DNA of 64,000 bases. It comes from Phallusia mammillata (Eukaryota). This document shows positions 1-11,657 of this stretch, in pieces; position 1 is the first letter of the stretch, and each line of letters starts with the position of its first letter. Made by a program: the position numbers and the translations under genes. Under the pieces are notes generated by a model. It was not told where the DNA came from, ran no database searches, and saw only the letters and a list, made by a program, of their open reading frames with translations. Location of the stretch: assembly GCA_965637545.1 (NCBI GenBank), contig OZ281501.1, positions 19,530,001 through 19,594,000 on the forward strand. Direction: 5' to 3'.

Positions 1-56
1 AAACGTGATTGGAAATAAATTGTTGAGATTTATATTTCTTGAATAAAAACTTTAAA

Positions 57-1625
57 ATGAGCGAAACTGAGGTAAGGTTTGGAAGTTTGAAGGCGGATTT
101 GGAGGAACTTGAACAGCTTCTTGGAATCGCAAAACAGAAAAGAATCATAATTTTGCTCAAAGCGGAAAAAGCTGTTGTTGAAAAACAACTCCAACAACTC
201 AACAAAGCGGCATCACCGAGAAACGTTGTCCCTACTGTAACTATCACCTCATATGGCAAGTTAAATAATTATAAACTTTAGAAGCAGTTTTATTTTGTTT
301 ATCTGTTGTTTTTATCAATATGTATGTATATAATTGAAGGGTGTTTGGAGAACATAAACTGCTCAACTCACAACTTGTATTGATTTTAAACTTTGTACTT
401 TGTTGTGGTTTTAATATTTTTTCTAGTATTTGATTTTTATTGTGGATTTTTGTTTACAGCTTGGGATCAATCAGAGAAGTTTGTGAAAATCTACCTTTCC
501 AACCTGGGAGGAATTCAGAACATTGATCCAACAAATGTTACTTTGAATACAAAAGAACAACCGAACACAGTTAATGTGAAAAACTTAAAGGGGAAAAACT
601 ATGTTTTCCAAATTCCAAAGCTGGCTCATGCAGTTGAAGAACCAACTATAAAAGTAAGCTTGTTTGTTAACTAAAGTTCTTCTGTAGGATTGATTATTTT
701 TATTAAACTGTTCATCAATGACAATTGGATATAGTGACAATGCAAATAAAAACTCGACTTGACTTGACTATTTGATTTATATGTTGGTACATAAGTGTTC
801 TGATAATACATTTGTGGAATTTTTATTCGTTTTTAGATCAAAACTGACATGATTTTAATCATGCTTAAAAAGCAAGAGCTAAGAAAATGGGACGTTTTGA
901 CTGATAAAGAAAGAATCAAGAAAGAGGAAAATACAGTGTAAGTCAGAACTTTCTTTTTAAAATTTTAGCAAACATATATAATACCTGATATCCTACTTTC
1001 AAATCATTGCACAACTGGTCATTTGTCTTGTATAAGTTGCATTGTTACACTGCCTACATTTTGACTTCTAGCAAAATACAACATAGCAACTTTTATTATC
1101 GCTGCATACTACCCAAACTTTGAATGGTTAAACCAAACCTATTTTAGTTATGTGGGCTTCACTGGGCTAGCATGTTTTTGAAACCAGTATGGTAGGCAAT
1201 ACAAAATAATACAAAAATAAAAAAAAAATAAAAAAAATAAGAGTTTTAGCAAAAACCAGGACTAAGTAGTTGGGTCAGTTGAGTTGTAACTTTCAATATG
1301 GCTTCAATTGACCATAATAGTTAACTGTTCATGTACCCACTAGTGGTATGCATATCACTGGTTAAAAAACAGTGCTGTAAAACCACAGGGACCAAAAAAT
1401 TTATGTGTTTCACTCGTCAAAAGTTTCATCTCTTGTTTCACTCATTGGGTGTTTTATTGATATTGTTACTGCAGACCACTTTCAAAGCAAAACGAAGACG
1501 CAGACCCTTCACAGTCTATCATGCACATGATGAAGAAAATGTATGATGATGGTGATGATGAGATGAAAAGAACAATCGCAAAAGCTTGGACACAATCACG
1601 GGAGAAAAATGAACCAATGTTGTGA
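57..1625 (+). CDS. CACYBP: Calcyclin-binding protein / Siah-interacting protein (CS + SGS domains), 4 coding exons
   Basis: Exons 57-255, 460-653, 837-937 and 1475-1625. The spliced product reads ...TITSY-A-WDQSEKFVKIYL (CS domain start) and ends ...DPSQSIMHMMKKMYDDGDDEMKRTIAKAW (SGS motif). Intron 1 must be GC-AG (256-459) to keep frame. Confidence 0.92.
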
Positions 1626-2018
1626 TAATCATGTGCAACTGATCGGCAAAACTCTGTAACTACGATGAATCCCCACAAGAAACAACACTTGTGTATTTCT
1701 GGGTCAAAATCATTGCAGCAATGGGTTGTTTCTTGATATTTCTTCATGTAATTGTGCAGTGCTTAATGCAAACCATGTAAAACAGTTTTTTACCAGTTTT
1801 TTTGTACACATTGGTTAGATATGGAGCAGGCATTTGTCACATAATGTGAAATAACTAATTGTCATATGGCTGCAATAAATTTGTATTGATTACTTTTCAA
1901 ACGTTTTTTTAAAAAAACAATCAACACGATGCGTAATGCAGGGCTGCAAGCAGGACACAATTTGCACATTAGACGATTCTTGCAAGCTTGCACGGACAAA
2001 CGTGGCAGATTAAAACAG

Positions 2019-5000
2019 TTAGGCAGAATTCAGACAAGAATCATCATAAACTGGAGGGAATGGAAGAGCTTGTGAAGGTTGTAACCTAAACAACAGCATG
2101 TTAAAATATGTATGCCAGGTTCACAAAAAGTTTATTCCTTACCAGTTGCGCTTGCTCCACGCTGATTGGCTGCTTTCTGTCACGTGATATGTGTAGATAT
2201 GACGTGAAGACTGTGACGTATTTTTCTTGCTGTAATGATGGACCTAAAAAATGAACGCAACATTTGAAGGTAGAAGCCACAACACGGCAACCTAGGGATC
2301 AAACCTTTCCGTGAATAAGAACCAGTGATCCCCGCTTTACTGGTGTTATCTCGTATTTGTCGAAAGGAAGATGTTCCATCTCACCTTCGAACAATGTGTG
2401 CGGGAGGGCGCCATCAACCGGATTCCTCACCATGCGCATCGTCACTTCAGCTAAAGAAGTCAATTGTCTAATTTAAAACAACACGCTTCCGTTAAAAGGT
2501 AACAATACTTGCTTACGGCCTTCAAGCGCGTTATGACTGATTCAGTTGCCACTGTTGCTAGGCGTAATATGCTTGAGGGGGTTTCTTGAAGTAAACTTAA
2601 TGAACCGTTTGTTCCACTCCGCTGACAAGTTTGAGAAGCAAACACGTTGGAAGATGAAAATATTTGATAACAGCTCGCGACAATAGTGTTATAGTGGACT
2701 TAATTACCGGGGTGATTTAATTGGAAGGGGTTATTCGCGTAAAATGCTCGACAGAATTTCCTAATTTACCCTCCCTTATATTTTTGGCTTTTTTAATGTG
2801 CACAAAGTTATTTCGTCTAATCCGAGCACAACTTACTATTTTTGTGCGATCCTCTCGCGAACCACATGCATCCGTTCTCCTCAGTAGCATCCTGCAGCGC
2901 TACCCAGAACCCGATCAACTTGAGAGGTTCGGAATAGAGAAAACTCGCATCAATGTGGCGACATACCTCTCCTCCTATACCTGGCGGCTGTGACAGAAAA
3001 AGTTGATGAAAACGACGAAGTATACGCAGGCCACACGAAAGGGAGTCAGTCAGTGCGCTGTATTAGAGCCTATTACAGTCTAAGCGGACACATATATGAG
3101 AATGGACAATTACGTATTAATTTTAACTGTTTTTATAAAGTGTTGTTGTTAATTGCCCAGTGTAGCATTTTGGTACAAATAACAACTAATTCAATTGTGA
3201 CTTTTGTTCAATTATGGGACCAGAAAATGTCTTCACCAGGACACGTTTATTCTCACCAGGAAAAAAGTTGATGCAAACGATAATTGTTTGTCAAAACCCG
3301 TCGGTATGATACAAAGTGGTTTAGTGTAGCGATGTACCGAATTGGTTGAATTTAGTTTATCAGCGGTTTTATGCGCTAAAAAGCTTTGCTTTGTTATTGT
3401 GATTGATTGAGTCATAGGTAACTGACACACATACAGCGATGTGACGGGGTTCGAACCCAAGACCCTTCAATTGTAACCCGTTGGAATTTTTACAGAAGTT
3501 TTCTCCCTGAAGCAAAGTTTGCAGGAAGCGCAGACGAACTGACCAATAAAGCTCGAGGTCAAGCACACATTCCACGTTGTAGGTTTGTAACCAGTCTGTC
3601 TCACTTGGTTGCTGGTTTTGTTCAACATGCATCTGCTTTGTACATTTGTTGTTTCTGTTTGTTGTATTGTAAGATTCGCTTTTTCGTTTCCAGTAGAAAG
3701 TTTTGAAAAGGTAAGAGGAAAAATAAGCTTTATATTTTTTTGGCTTAAATTTTATTTTCATTTTTGTTGATATATTTTCATTTCGTAATTGTGGTAAACT
3801 ACCCAAGCAACCTTCAAAAATTAGTTATGTTTGCATAATTTTTATTTTATTTAGCATGTTGATACGGTGTCCATAAGTTACTTCAAGAAAAAAAATGGGT
3901 ATTGTTCGAATGTGGTAAACCCTCGGGTCCTTAGCTCAGCAGCCCAAGTGGATGATAACATGTTTTACAGGATTTGGAAAACTTGCGAAACTCGAACGAA
4001 CAAAATTTGCCGGAAGTTGACGATTTACGTGAAGTGACACGTCATATCCGGTTCAAAGTTGAGAAGAATTTTCAAGATGAAGTTCAAGTTGAGAAGAATT
4101 TTCAAGATGAAGTTCAAGTTGGGAAGAATGAGGTTTCGACCGGTGTTAGTTATGGTGTGGCAGAATGGTTGATACATGGTTGAACTTTGTACTTAAACAA
4201 GGCGGGGATGCTGTTTTTTTTGTATTTCGGGAGCCACAAATTTTATTATAGCTTAGCAACAAAACATATATTGTTCATTTTGTCATTAAAGTCTAACCCA
4301 CCCTTAAAAAGAAGCTTTTATGTGATATTTTTTCTTGTGGTTTAAATTGAAATCAATTTTGTAACTAAATGCCAAAACAAATTTTACTATTTGTTTTCTC
4401 GGATTTTCCAACCTTTTGTGTTACAGCGAAGCAAGAAAGTTCTTCAACTGAAATGTGCGACCTGCATTTTGCTGGTGAACTACGAACTGAGCAGAGTGAA
4501 AATATTAGGCGGAGATTTTGCTTCAGTAGATGATATGGTCCACTGGGTGGCGGACAAGTGCAAACTCCTCAAACTTGAAACTGCTCGTGTCTGCAAGGGG
4601 GCACTAGAGAACTTCGGTGGAGAGGTTTCTCGAGTTTTGTCTCAGGTTCGTGAAAAATTGAGGTTGGTGATCAGGCGTGTTAAATATTATTAATGTGATG
4701 AGCTTGTTTCCAAACCAGATTTGTGCGTTGATCCCAGTTTGCTTCGAGTTGTGTGAAATTCGTAAAAGCTGATTTCTCGCGACCTTTTCTCGGTTGGCTC
4801 GAAAATCGCCAAAAAATATTTTATTTCTAGGTCAATCTGACAGCAGAAGAGGTTTGTGGCATCACAATGCCAGATGCATGTCCAAATTACAAGGTAACTA
4901 CGGACAATCACAAGACCGCTTGGAATGTGTCGTTGCCACCGAAATCCCATCTCATACCGATTTCACCACGAAAGTTTACAATCGAGGGCCCGACGTTAAA

Positions 5001-8000
5001 GGTGGATCGGTTTTGCTTGTGATGTACATGTACTGAATATTTTGTCACCCGCTGCATTTTTATTTTAACTCATAACTAATTGAGTTAAGTTGAGTTTATT
5101 TCTCTACAGAATTTCGGTAAAAGAATTTGTTTAGGGTAGTCACTTATTTTGGGGCTATTTGTTTTGTTTGGCAGCAGAAATTAGCTTGTAATGTTACGTA
5201 TTGAATGTATCTAGCAAATTTTGTCATCAACTGTATTTGACTTATGACTGATTGATATACCAGGGTAGCCTAGTCACTTATTTTGGGGTTTCACCGCTAG
5301 GTACTCCACCTAACCGACGTCCACGTGGACTCCTTGTACAAAGTTGGTTCAACAGCAAACTGCAACGAGCCGCTCTGTTGCCATGGCGATGACGTCACTG
5401 GTGATGACATCATCGAACCGATAGACCCGGAACAGCCTGTTCGTGACGTACACGTCTCAAAGCAGCCTGCAGGACAGTGGGGGGACTACAGGTATTGCGA
5501 CCTCCCGTGGTGGACTTTCACAGACATGATGAAAAATATTCAAACTCGCAAAATCGATTACGTCATATGGACAGGGGACATCCCCGCGCATGACGTATGG
5601 TCGCAAAGCAAACGTCAACAAACCGAATTACTTTTCAAACTGACGTCAACTCTTGTGGAATATCTTCCGTTCGTTCCAATTTATCCGGCAGTAGGGAACC
5701 ATGATAGTTTCCCTTCAAACAATTTTCCACCAAGCAAGGTTCGGACCAGCGGGAAATATTCGGTAACTTGGTTCTACAAAGCTCTGGCGAAGGCGTGGGC
5801 TCCGTGGCTCGGCCCTGAAGCTTTGAAGGTCAGTTGAAGGTCAAACCAAAGTTTACTAATTAACTTACTAATGGTGTATATGAGTGTGTATGATAAACCC
5901 TCATTTCAGTAATAAGATATCCATTTTAGCGACAGCAGTTTGTTGACGAAATATTTTGTTTCAGACGGTTGAAATCGGTGGATTCTACACAACCCTGGTA
6001 CGGCCCGGTCATCGGATTGTTTCGCTCAACACAAACTTTTGTTACAACGAGAATTGGTGGATCTGGCTGAACCAAGATGACCCATCAGGTGAGCAGCCCT
6101 TCCTCTCATCCGTTTTACTGGTGATGCACCGAACCCTACTCAAAATGTTCGGGCCGAAACCGAATATTCGGCCACAAGACCGAATAATTTCGGCCGAATG
6201 AGGCCGAACCAAAAATCTCTTACTGATTGATGTTTTCAACTGAACGTTGTGTCGTTGATGCAAGTGAACTGGTTTTAGGACACTCCAAAATCACTTTCAC
6301 AATGCGATAATCACTAGTATAAATCTCACCACGCTCTCCCCGACAGGAATGTTGCAGTGGTTCGTACAAGTTTTGACCGAAGCCGAAAAAAACAACGAGA
6401 AAGTACACGTCATAGGTCACGTGCCACCGGGAAAGTCCCCGGATTGTCGAGAAGAATGGAGTAAAAATTATTTCAGGTTTCCAACTGTTTTATCTTTGAG
6501 TTGTAAATGTTTGCGTAAACCGGAAGTGACACTTACGGCTCTTATTGTTTGCTCAGAATCGTGGAACGCTTCCGTGACATCATTTCCGGTCAGTTTTTCG
6601 GGCACACACATTTCGACGAAGTTTTGGTTTACTACGGACCGTCACAACGATTGATGTCGGTGGCTTACATTGGACCGAGCGCGACCCCTTATGCGTGGCT
6701 CAACCCGGCTTACAGGTGGAATATGTTCAACATAATTCAATGGTTCCCAACCAGGGGGGAATTTGTGTCACAATATTAATCTCTCACTGGTTGTCTGTGC
6801 TATGTGTTATTGCTGCATTTGCCATATATGAGCTGAGAAAAAGAAAGTTCTCGTATGATCGATTTAAGGCAGCGGACAAAAAAGGTTGGGAACCACTGAC
6901 TTAATTCCTTCACTCAAACATAGTGACATCTTCGTTTGTTTTCTGCTCAAACTAATTATTTTCAAACATAAACTTGCCAAAAAATCCATCGCTCGATTTT
7001 TGTTCCGCAGAATTTATGACGTCAGTGGATTCGGTTCCGGTTGGTCGGTCACAAACCATCGCACTTACGTCATGAATCTCGCTACAGCGAACACCAGAAA
7101 CACGACAGTGTGGTATGTGGAATATGACGCGTGTCAAGCTTTCGGTGTTGATAAGCTCAGCCCTGCCGCATGGGATAAATTACTGCGAGAGTGGGTGAAG
7201 TATAATGAAGATCAAAGTGCAGTAAAAAGTAAGTTAGTAGAGCTTGGTTTAATATTTCCAACCGGTTTGATACTGGGAATCTTGGAATTTAGGGAACTTT
7301 TGATTCTGAGTATATTGCCGCTATATTACCGGAAATCAACTTTGAAGGCTATGGGGTTGAGGTTTGTCAGGTAATTTGAAAACTCGTAAGCATTATTCCA
7401 AAGTTGCTAAATCAATGCGCACTTGCCACTGAGTATGTTGATAACGGCTGGTGCTTTACACAGCCTCCGTATATTGCACGACCAGCAATGAATAACAATG
7501 ATTGCTGCTTTTGCTGCTGATGTTAATGCAACTTCAAGTATCATTAGAGCAAGTCAAGTTGAGCATAGTTTGTTTCGTTCCTACTTGTTTAAGGTTAAAT
7601 AACGCTTGTGTGGCAGAAAGCTTGTGTATAAGTTTCAGTCGGTAACTATTTGTTTTTAGTTCCAGAAAGTTTGAAGAATTACGTCAAGTTTTACGTCAGA
7701 AACGATGAAATCTCGATCCCAAAACTCGGAGGAGAGTTGAGTTGTTCAACTCTTGAAGATTGTGTGAAGGAAATTGTTTGTAAGATTCCGAAAAATAAAA
7801 CGTTCGATGTTTGTCGCAAAGTATGACCAGCATTGATCGGAAAATAAAAACTTTGAATTTGATTCCGATTGTTTTTTAGCATCGATTTGCAGTCAATGCA
7901 TTTGAGGGTTCGGTTTGTTTGCAGATGTGAGAACCGAAGTCGCGTTTAAGTTGGAATTAAATACTGAACAATGGGGTTTGGGTGCGAGTGGTGATTTCAA

Positions 8001-9408
8001 ACAAATATAAATTGCCAGTTGAAACGAAAGTGTCAGTTACGACTTGATAGAAGTTGTAACGAAATAGACCTGCTAAGTAATTAGGCCTACATGTCTATCA
8101 GTGTAAGTTTTTTGGTAATAAACAATGAAACCGCTTTTCTGCAGGAATTTGTAAGCGCGAGACGTAACAAGGCTGCAGGTTGGCTGGTACAAGTGATAAA
8201 AAAACTTACTTTAAATATGTACATGCTTTGGGGAACCACCGGACGCACAAATCTGAGTTTGCGAAGAATTTCTTTCACCCTGGGGTCAAAGGTCGCGGTT
8301 TTGAAGGTTGGGCTGAGAGCGTGAAGAGCTGGGGACGCAGAAAAATATTAAGTAAATTGACGATTTCAAACTAATACATAAACCAAGTGTACGAAAATAA
8401 ATAAAATTTGAAACACATTGTTTGTGTTTAGTGCGCTTCAATACGCAATCTATTGCTAAGGTTTCTATTAACTACAAGAGAAAATGAATCCGCTTAGGGC
8501 GCAAATCACGCTTAATAATTGTAGGGATTTTACATTTTCAATTGTATTGGCACAACGTTGTAATTAACATTCGTTTTTCGTTGTTTGATGCAACGATTTC
8601 TGTTACATTGCAGTGATAACAACTGAGCAAATAGGTTTTGCAAAGTTAAGATGTTTTCACCAACCATGTCCGATTTTATTGATGGATTCGTGTTTCGGTT
8701 TCAACAAACTTCCGTCGTTATTTATTGCCTCTTTCTCCCAGAAAAACCCAATCTTGTCGCTGCTGTTCAGCAAATATTCTGATTTCATCTGCAAATGAGA
8801 GATAAGGTACGCAGGAAAGATTAACGACCAAAAAGACGGGAATTTTATTTTCTGTACTTGATTCTTTAACACAAAACCCAACGTTTAAACTGATATTAGG
8901 GTCCATAAACAAACGCAGGTGTAGTTGTACTTGTATTGTACTATTACACACGACGCCCACAATACGCAGTATACTAGCCACGAGCTAGTTTTCATATATA
9001 TTGACAACAACCAAATATTATTTGTTGTTTAAACATCGTGCTTTACCTGTTCATGATCATCTGTTGAAAACACTTCCCTGTGGTCGAGCGGATTCATTTC
9101 ATCAACAATTCGGAAGCATTCTTTCTGCATTTCATCGCATTGTGACGAAGTGAAGAAATCTTCGATCACCAGGAATCCGTCATCTTCAAACTAAACAAAC
9201 AAGTTTCAAACAAACTTCGATAACATCCGTCCTGGCTAATGCGGTCAGCAATTTTCCACCAATCGTGCATTACGGAACTCGTAGCTATGACGTCACAAAC
9301 CACAACACGCGATGCAATGCATGTGTGTGTGCTTTGACTAAACGCGTTCGATGCTGCAACACAACATACCTTTTGCTTCTGAGCATCGGTAAAAGCGTAA
9401 TCCTTCAT
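2019..9408 (-). CDS. PHYHD1: Phytanoyl-CoA dioxygenase domain-containing protein 1 (Fe(II)/2OG dioxygenase), 8 coding exons, about 296 aa
   Basis: Exons 9408-9370, 9190-9047, 8788-8665, 8328-8210, 2987-2837, 2450-2305, 2243-2143 and 2085-2019. All introns are GT-AG with consistent phases. Recognisable motifs: [61 protein letters not shown] (HxD), DATEENGCMWF..GSH, GSLVLIHGKVHHYS and NWLQPS..LPFP. Confidence 0.92.
3436..3480 (-). mobile_element. Short tRNA/SINE-like fragment with a Pol III B-box
   Basis: The minus strand reads ...gggtcttGGGTTCGAACCCCgtcacatcg..., a B-box-like GGTTCGAAYC. No full cloverleaf is recognisable. Confidence 0.3.
3627..7826 (+). CDS. SMPD1: Acid sphingomyelinase-like protein (signal peptide, saposin-B, metallophosphoesterase), nested in PHYHD1 intron 4
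   Basis: Exons 3627-3710 (MHLLCTFVVSVCCIVRFAFS signal peptide), 3971 to about 4130 (donor uncertain), 4427-4645 (saposin: KCATC..KCKLLKL..VCKG), 4831-5001, 5301-5828, 5965-6088, 6347-6476, 6557-6715, 7011-7228 and 7660-7826. The metal-binding motifs TDVHVD, WTGDIPAHD, GNHD, IGHVPPG and FFGHTHFD are intact. Confidence 0.9.
4051..4130 (+). repeat. 30-bp tandem repeat, about 2.5 copies (EKNFQDEVQV in the SMPD1-like frame)
   Basis: The unit gttcaagttgagaagaattttcaagatgaa is directly repeated. Confidence 0.8.
6140..6210. repeat. Palindrome-rich repeat fragment (ccgaatattcgg motifs) in an SMPD1-like intron
   Basis: Clustered ggccgaa, ccgaatattcgg and ttcggccgaa motifs of the kind found in subterminal arrays of DNA transposons. 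Confidence 0.4.
6738..6898. mobile_element. hAT-type MITE in an SMPD1-like intron
   Basis: Terminal inverted repeats caatggttcccaacc ... ggttgggaaccactg, flanked by a near-identical 8-bp target-site duplication (acataatt / acttaatt). Confidence 0.75.
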
Positions 9409-10252
9409 CGCAGGTTTCTGTAAGCTGCTTCTTTACAACAAAACTTGGAACAACCTTACATGTGCCCCTAAAACTGCTACAACAACAGCAAGTTTTTCAT
9501 GTATTGTAAACATGTGCAGTTACTTACTACTTGTATAGTAAAGGCTCACAAACACCATTTAGTTTCCGATTAGAAGGTCTACTGCACTGTAGTCTCACAA
9601 TGTTACGAATATGTTTACTGAATATGCGTTCACTGTCTGCAGTGTCTGGGTCTGGACCCTGGCACTGAGCAGAAACCAATTTAAACTTGCAGCAAACCTG
9701 ATGCATTCAAACTATTTCAGAAGATCGCGATACTTGTTCGAACCTTTTTTGTGTAAACGACTGCAAACTTAAGCTACAGGGCAGGAAGACATCAGTACAA
9801 ACAACATTAGCTCCAGTTTATGTTTGCCCACGTGCGGTTCACTCGCGCGCCAGAGAAAAAAAAGCAACAAAAGATCGACTTACGCTATGCCTGTGACGTC
9901 ATAAGACTGTATTGTTCAGAGGCGCGAATCATAAACAGGGTTTTGTAAAACGACGAAAAAGTGCTGCCTCGATGTTTACCCGACCCGTCTTCACGTAGTT
10001 TGACAGCTTAAGGACTATATCACACTTTTTGCTTGTGTTTCTGATGCATTTTATGAAGTCAAAAACATGTTAACTAAACATTGGGGGGCGTATGCTTTGT
10101 TGCGGCAAACATTGTATGTACTAATTAACATGGCGAACTGCTGTTTTGTTTATTTGTAATGTTAACCACCAATAATATGTGATTAAATATGGTATAATGT
10201 CACATAAAAAGAAAACCACTGTTGTTACCTTTTATACTTTAAAGGAGACAAT

Positions 10253-11360
10253 ATGAGTATGTGTGTTTCAAAATGCACTTTCAAAGTACTTTTTGTTTGT
10301 AAACGAAAAATATTGTTGTGAAAGTTTTCGAAATTTCTTTGTTTTGTTCACTTTTGATGTTTCTTTTCCCGCAAAAATAGAATAATCCGAATGGATCTTT
10401 TCATGGAATCATGAATTGTTCGAGTGTTGATTGTGTCCATCGCGATCTTACGCTTGAAAAGGTTCGTTCTTGTTGCAAGTTAAAAAATCTAAACTTTTGG
10501 GTTTATGAACTAATTCCAAGCTAGAAAGTATAGAAAAAATAAGATTGCGTATGTCAAACTTGCGTTTAAACTGGACCGAAAATTTATTTTCAGATAATGA
10601 ATCAACAATGGTATTTTTTCAGAACGCATTTCGTGTTGAGGCTTGCAAATCTGAAAGTTTGAAAATAAATTATCTGATTGTACAAATAACAAAGTCATCA
10701 CTGAAAACGATTGTGCTTCCTGTAAGTGCATCAGACTCATTTGCACAGCCATGGTACGTTGAGAATTTTGTGCAAAGATTATTAAACTGCAAAAATGTTA
10801 AATAAAGTATTAAAAAGATAAGTAATTCAATCTTGTCCATTGTGAACCGTCAAACTACATTGTTGAGGCATGGCTTTTAAGTCTGTTACTATCAACAAAC
10901 TGGAATGCAATACTGCCATTAGATGGCTACACTAACCAACATGTTGCATAGCTAATTGAGACCTTGTATATCTAAACAGTGTGCATTGTGTGCAGCTTAC
11001 CAATTATTTATTGGTTTGATGCCTTGAAGAAACTAAAAACATTTACGAAAATATGTAAAAACTCATTTAGAATTAAGCAATAATCAGTTTCTTGAATATT
11101 TAGGCTTGCATCTTTATTCGATGTCTTGTGTCCACCAGGCAACTTGGATGAATATGAGGAAGGATTCCTTCTTGCAATTGTAAGAATCTGAAATCATCCT
11201 GTTTTTTATTATTTTTGATAATTACTTTGACTTTTTGTTTGCTTTTTAGGTTGGACATTCATCATCCAAAATTGTTTATCATAAAGTTATGCCAGGAATT
11301 GCAAACATTTGTCCAACAATGAAGTTAGGAAGCATGTTTCAAGATCAAGACCAAACTTGA
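10253..11360 (+). CDS. TSEN15: tRNA-splicing endonuclease subunit Sen15
   Basis: Exons 10253-10285 (start uncertain; alternative ATG at 10411), 10381-10461, 10623-10753, 11104-11179 and 11250-11360. The spliced product VHRDLTLEKNAFRVEAC..KTIVLPVSASDSF..EGFLLAIVGHSSSKIVYHKVMPG matches the Sen15 pattern (V-x-x-DL...vvP....FtLAIV..dStIVYyk...G). Confidence 0.75.
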
Positions 11361-11657
11361 ACTGAACAAACTTAAAATCAGACAAACAACTGTTATGCAG
11401 AAGTGCAGAGATGAAAAGAGCAAAAATATGTTATTCACAAAATGAATACTGCCACTAAGTTTACGAAGATATTAAATATGCAGCTTGCATTTCATATTGA
11501 ATTGTTATTTCAACATAAAACCAAATGTTATTGTAGCAATGGCAACCTAATATTGTATTGTTTCTTGTATCAACAGGACCAACTGATAGTTAACATGTAA
11601 ATATGTGTTGGTAATCATAAGACCTTGTTCGTTGAATTTAAGCTGTGTTTTCTGGGA

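Noticed and set aside
2721-3271. Plus-strand ORFs as the SMPD1 5' end, including an HQD-like peptide at about 3233
   Set aside because: 2837-2987 is PHYHD1 exon 5 on the minus strand, and a better signal-peptide exon for SMPD1 starts at 3627.
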